Positions 61,001 to 64,000 of a stretch of 64,000 nt of DNA are shown in pieces. Made by a program: the position numbers and the translations under genes. Source of the stretch: Fimbriosthenelais zetlandica (taxonomy: Eukaryota). Each line of letters starts with the position of its first letter. Positions within the stretch are counted from its first letter, which is position 1. The stretch is taken from contig OZ365113.1 in NCBI GenBank assembly GCA_977030845.1, forward strand, positions 34,286,001-34,350,000, read 5' to 3'. A model generated the notes under the pieces. That model was not told the origin of the DNA. It did not search any database and worked only from the letters and a program-made list of their open reading frames with translations.

Positions 61001-64000
61001 AAAAACCTACGGGAATTAATCTATGATAGGCTAATACACATGAACATCTTATACTCCAGCATGTTCATTTTTGTTTTTAATACTCCATGTTTCCTCCCAA
61101 ATTTGCTGCTAACTGGGTTATTAAAGACCAGTCATATATATAGCATATCTCAAACTGCCTCTGTAAAAGTCTGTACAATTGCTGCCGTTCGAGAAAAGCA
61201 GGCCATTGTCCGGCTAGACCGTATTTTCTCATCCTGCTATAGCTTAAAAATTACTGATATGACTGCTAAACAAATAATCAGATACTCAATTGAAACCACA
61301 CATGAGCGATTTCTCAGGATTCATTCACTTATAAACCAAATCAATATTTCAAACACTAACATGTGTTTGTTCCTATAAAGTTCCCTCCACCATGACATAC
61401 GTTCCACCATCTTTCACTACCACTAAGATATATGTTTTAAAAGGCATCGTTCATCCACTTGATGTATTCCCTGCATTGGAGATGATGAAAGTAAATGGAG
61501 CATTAAATCAATATTACTCTTCATACAACATTGATTGAACCTTGCTGCCGTGTGTATACCTGCCACTGTAAGATAAAGGGATATGTATCACAATTAATGA
61601 TAGACTATAACTAAAATATTAGTATGATATATGACACTACCGGTACCACTAGCTCCCCCAACGGGCCCTCCATGAGGCACATTCATCACTACACTCTCCA
61701 CATATTTGCAAGAACCAACAAAGTAATATATCAACATCCATACAGCATGAGTCAGCGGAGACTGTATGGAGCCATTACTGAACAATGCTTCATGGTGAAA
61801 TCAACCATATTATACACTGCTAGGCCGATTTCTTTAAAATTAATTAAACCGTTCACGAAACAGTTCATGATAGATATGATTGTGGTAGATCCCTGGTTCA
61901 ATTATCCAAGGGAGCTTTACCATGCAAAGTAAAGCTTATAGAACTTTGTCTATCGCAGGGGTGGGGTCGTGGCCTCAGCGGAAGGTCCCTGGTTCAATTC
62001 CCAAAGCATTCTCCCAATTTACCCACTCCTTTTCCACCCACTGCTGCTAACTGGGATTATCACAGGCCATTGCCTATGGTGTGAGGCATTTGAAAAAACC
62101 CTTGCAAGTTGCAGCCATTCAAGAAGAGCAGTCCATGACACTGACTGTCTTCTTCTTGTCATGAGATGGGTGCCAAATGGTTGATATGCGTCCATCCATC
62201 CAATTCCTAAAAGAGCAGCTAAATAAGAACTTGTGTTCACTGAGTGGCTGATTCATTTGCAGAAACAAGAAGCACTTATATCATTATTAATATGCATAAT
62301 TCCAGGAAGCAGGGATTGCCATGCTATTAGATTAGCCTAAAGCAAATCATCCTATGTTGGTTTTGTGGCTTGAGAGATCATGTTGTACAATGACAATGCA
62401 TATTCTCATTCTCATCACACGTTTCTTTGTCCACTTGCGCAACAGAAAAGTATTTGTAAACACTGGAATAATGAAATGTCTGAATGTGTTCGAATATATC
62501 TATGTCTAAAGATGAGCCAACATAGCAAACAATCCCCATATATTTCCTACCATTGATTTCTAATTTCAATTTTGATGGATGTGTGACAGGGAATCTAGTG
62601 GGGAGCCTCTCTTCCTCATTCCAGGTCCTGATGGATTGCATTTTGATGAGAAACTGACTCCAGCTTCATGATTCGACATAATATAATTTTATAAATGCCA
62701 GAGACGAGAGGATTCTGGCGGTTCCTTTCCAGGATTTAACAATGAAAGAAAAGGACTGATTGATAACTTTGGATATGGTTTAAATTGACTAAGTTTCCCT
62801 CTATAGTAAAGAACTCAGCTTTGATATATATTTTTTAAATGTCCATTTCTTTCTCCTTCTTCAATCTTTCTGCCTGAAACGTGGGAGTAGTGGTGGGGTA
62901 GGCAAACAAGTGATTGAGACAACTTCTGTTTGACAATGCCTACACTGGATGCAGTCCTTCCATAATACATTATGCTCTAACGACTCATTTTGCGTTCAAA
63001 ATCAACAATACAAATGAATGTAAAACATGTTTTGCTCCTCTACTCCATTCTTGTATATTTGGTTTGGGAATGAACCATTAGGCTCCAGCATGTTTTTACC
63101 CTCCTCTGACGTCTGCCTCCGACCCACCTCTTTGTTAGTCATGGCAGTGACTGCCATCCGGATATCTCTTTTCTCTCTCTTACATGGAAATGACCCAGAC
63201 TATTGATTTGCTAATTCCCTTGCTCATGAGCTCATGTCCTCTCTCCCTCTTTCAGTCTGGTCCATGAGCCATAAAAACACCAAATGGGAATGTCTATGAC
63301 CTGCCTCTATGACCTATGGATCTGAACATAGGTCCGGCTTCCTAAACCTTATACCAGAGACCTTATACATCAGGTCACTGATCATACCAAATATTGAATA
63401 TTCCCTTTGTTATGACCTGAATGTAGCTCCAAATCAAATTCCATAGCAAATATGCCCACGACAAGGCAGTTTGCACTGTCTTTACCCAGTACTTACATAA
63501 TTACAGTACAAGTATTAAATTGGGAATGGATTCAGACAAGCGACCACTTGGGAAGTCTCTAGGAAGACCTATGGCTTGTAGGACCATAAACTTCTGAGCA
63601 AACTGACTTGGAGCATGAAATTCTCTGGGATGGAAAATCAGTACAGAAGAGTTTTTTTTCCTATTGCTCTTCAGTGCAGAGGCCAACTGTAGCAGCAGAA
63701 TAGTGGAGGGGTCTAGAAATCCTGGTTTACAAATGACACAGACTTTGTGGGGACCTGGTAGGATTTCTATGGATCAATCTCCAATCGTGTGCTGGTCACA
63801 GCTTGCAAATCAAGCCAGGAGAGAGGGAGAGATTGGTGGTAACCCTGCAGGCACCTGCCCTGCCTGGAGCACAAGTGGACACTGTCACCTCATTGACCTT
63901 GTGGGTCACAAAAAGATGCAATATACTTCTGCCTTTTGCTGTATAGCACTTGCTGCATACATAAATTACTCACAGAAAGTTAGCTATATGTAAAGAAAAG

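Noticed and set aside
60929-62641. 149-aa, 102-aa and 87-aa ORFs near the window end
   Set aside because: No motifs, intron-like composition and no exon chain; may include decayed TE sequence but cannot be classified by eye.

Overview
AT-rich animal genomic DNA with GT-AG spliceosomal introns. It looks like a marine invertebrate, probably an echinoderm; that is an inference from gene structures and the abundance of TAGGCCTA/TACATGTA palindromes. Four protein-coding genes can be reconstructed by hand with consistent exon phases. (1) The 3' two-thirds of a class C GPCR of the metabotropic glutamate receptor family (+, six clear exons 430-9969; the 5' end is outside the window and the C-tail exon is uncertain). 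It has Leu where the glutamate gamma-carboxyl-binding Lys normally lies. (2) A complete, catalytically intact transglutaminase (+, 16 exons, 31237-43174, 752 aa) starting with an MGCCGS myristoylation/palmitoylation motif, plus a second phase-compatible set of N-terminal exons (27567-28392) lacking that motif. (3) TMEM243 (-, 4 coding exons, 118 aa), absent from the supplied ORF track. (4) SUMF1/formylglycine-generating enzyme (+, 9 exons, 389 aa), head-to-head with TMEM243 across an internally duplicated YY1-motif promoter and carrying a tRNA-His(GTG) gene in intron 1. The rest is introns and intergenic DNA with minisatellites, MITE-like inverted repeats, pyrimidine tracts and unassigned exon-like segments. 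The most interesting hypotheses are a two-promoter transglutaminase (non-lipidated isoform behind paired NF-kB sites versus dually acylated isoform behind an RFX X-box) and a probably non-glutamate, mXR/class IV-like mGluR. All calls are by eye; no database searches were run.
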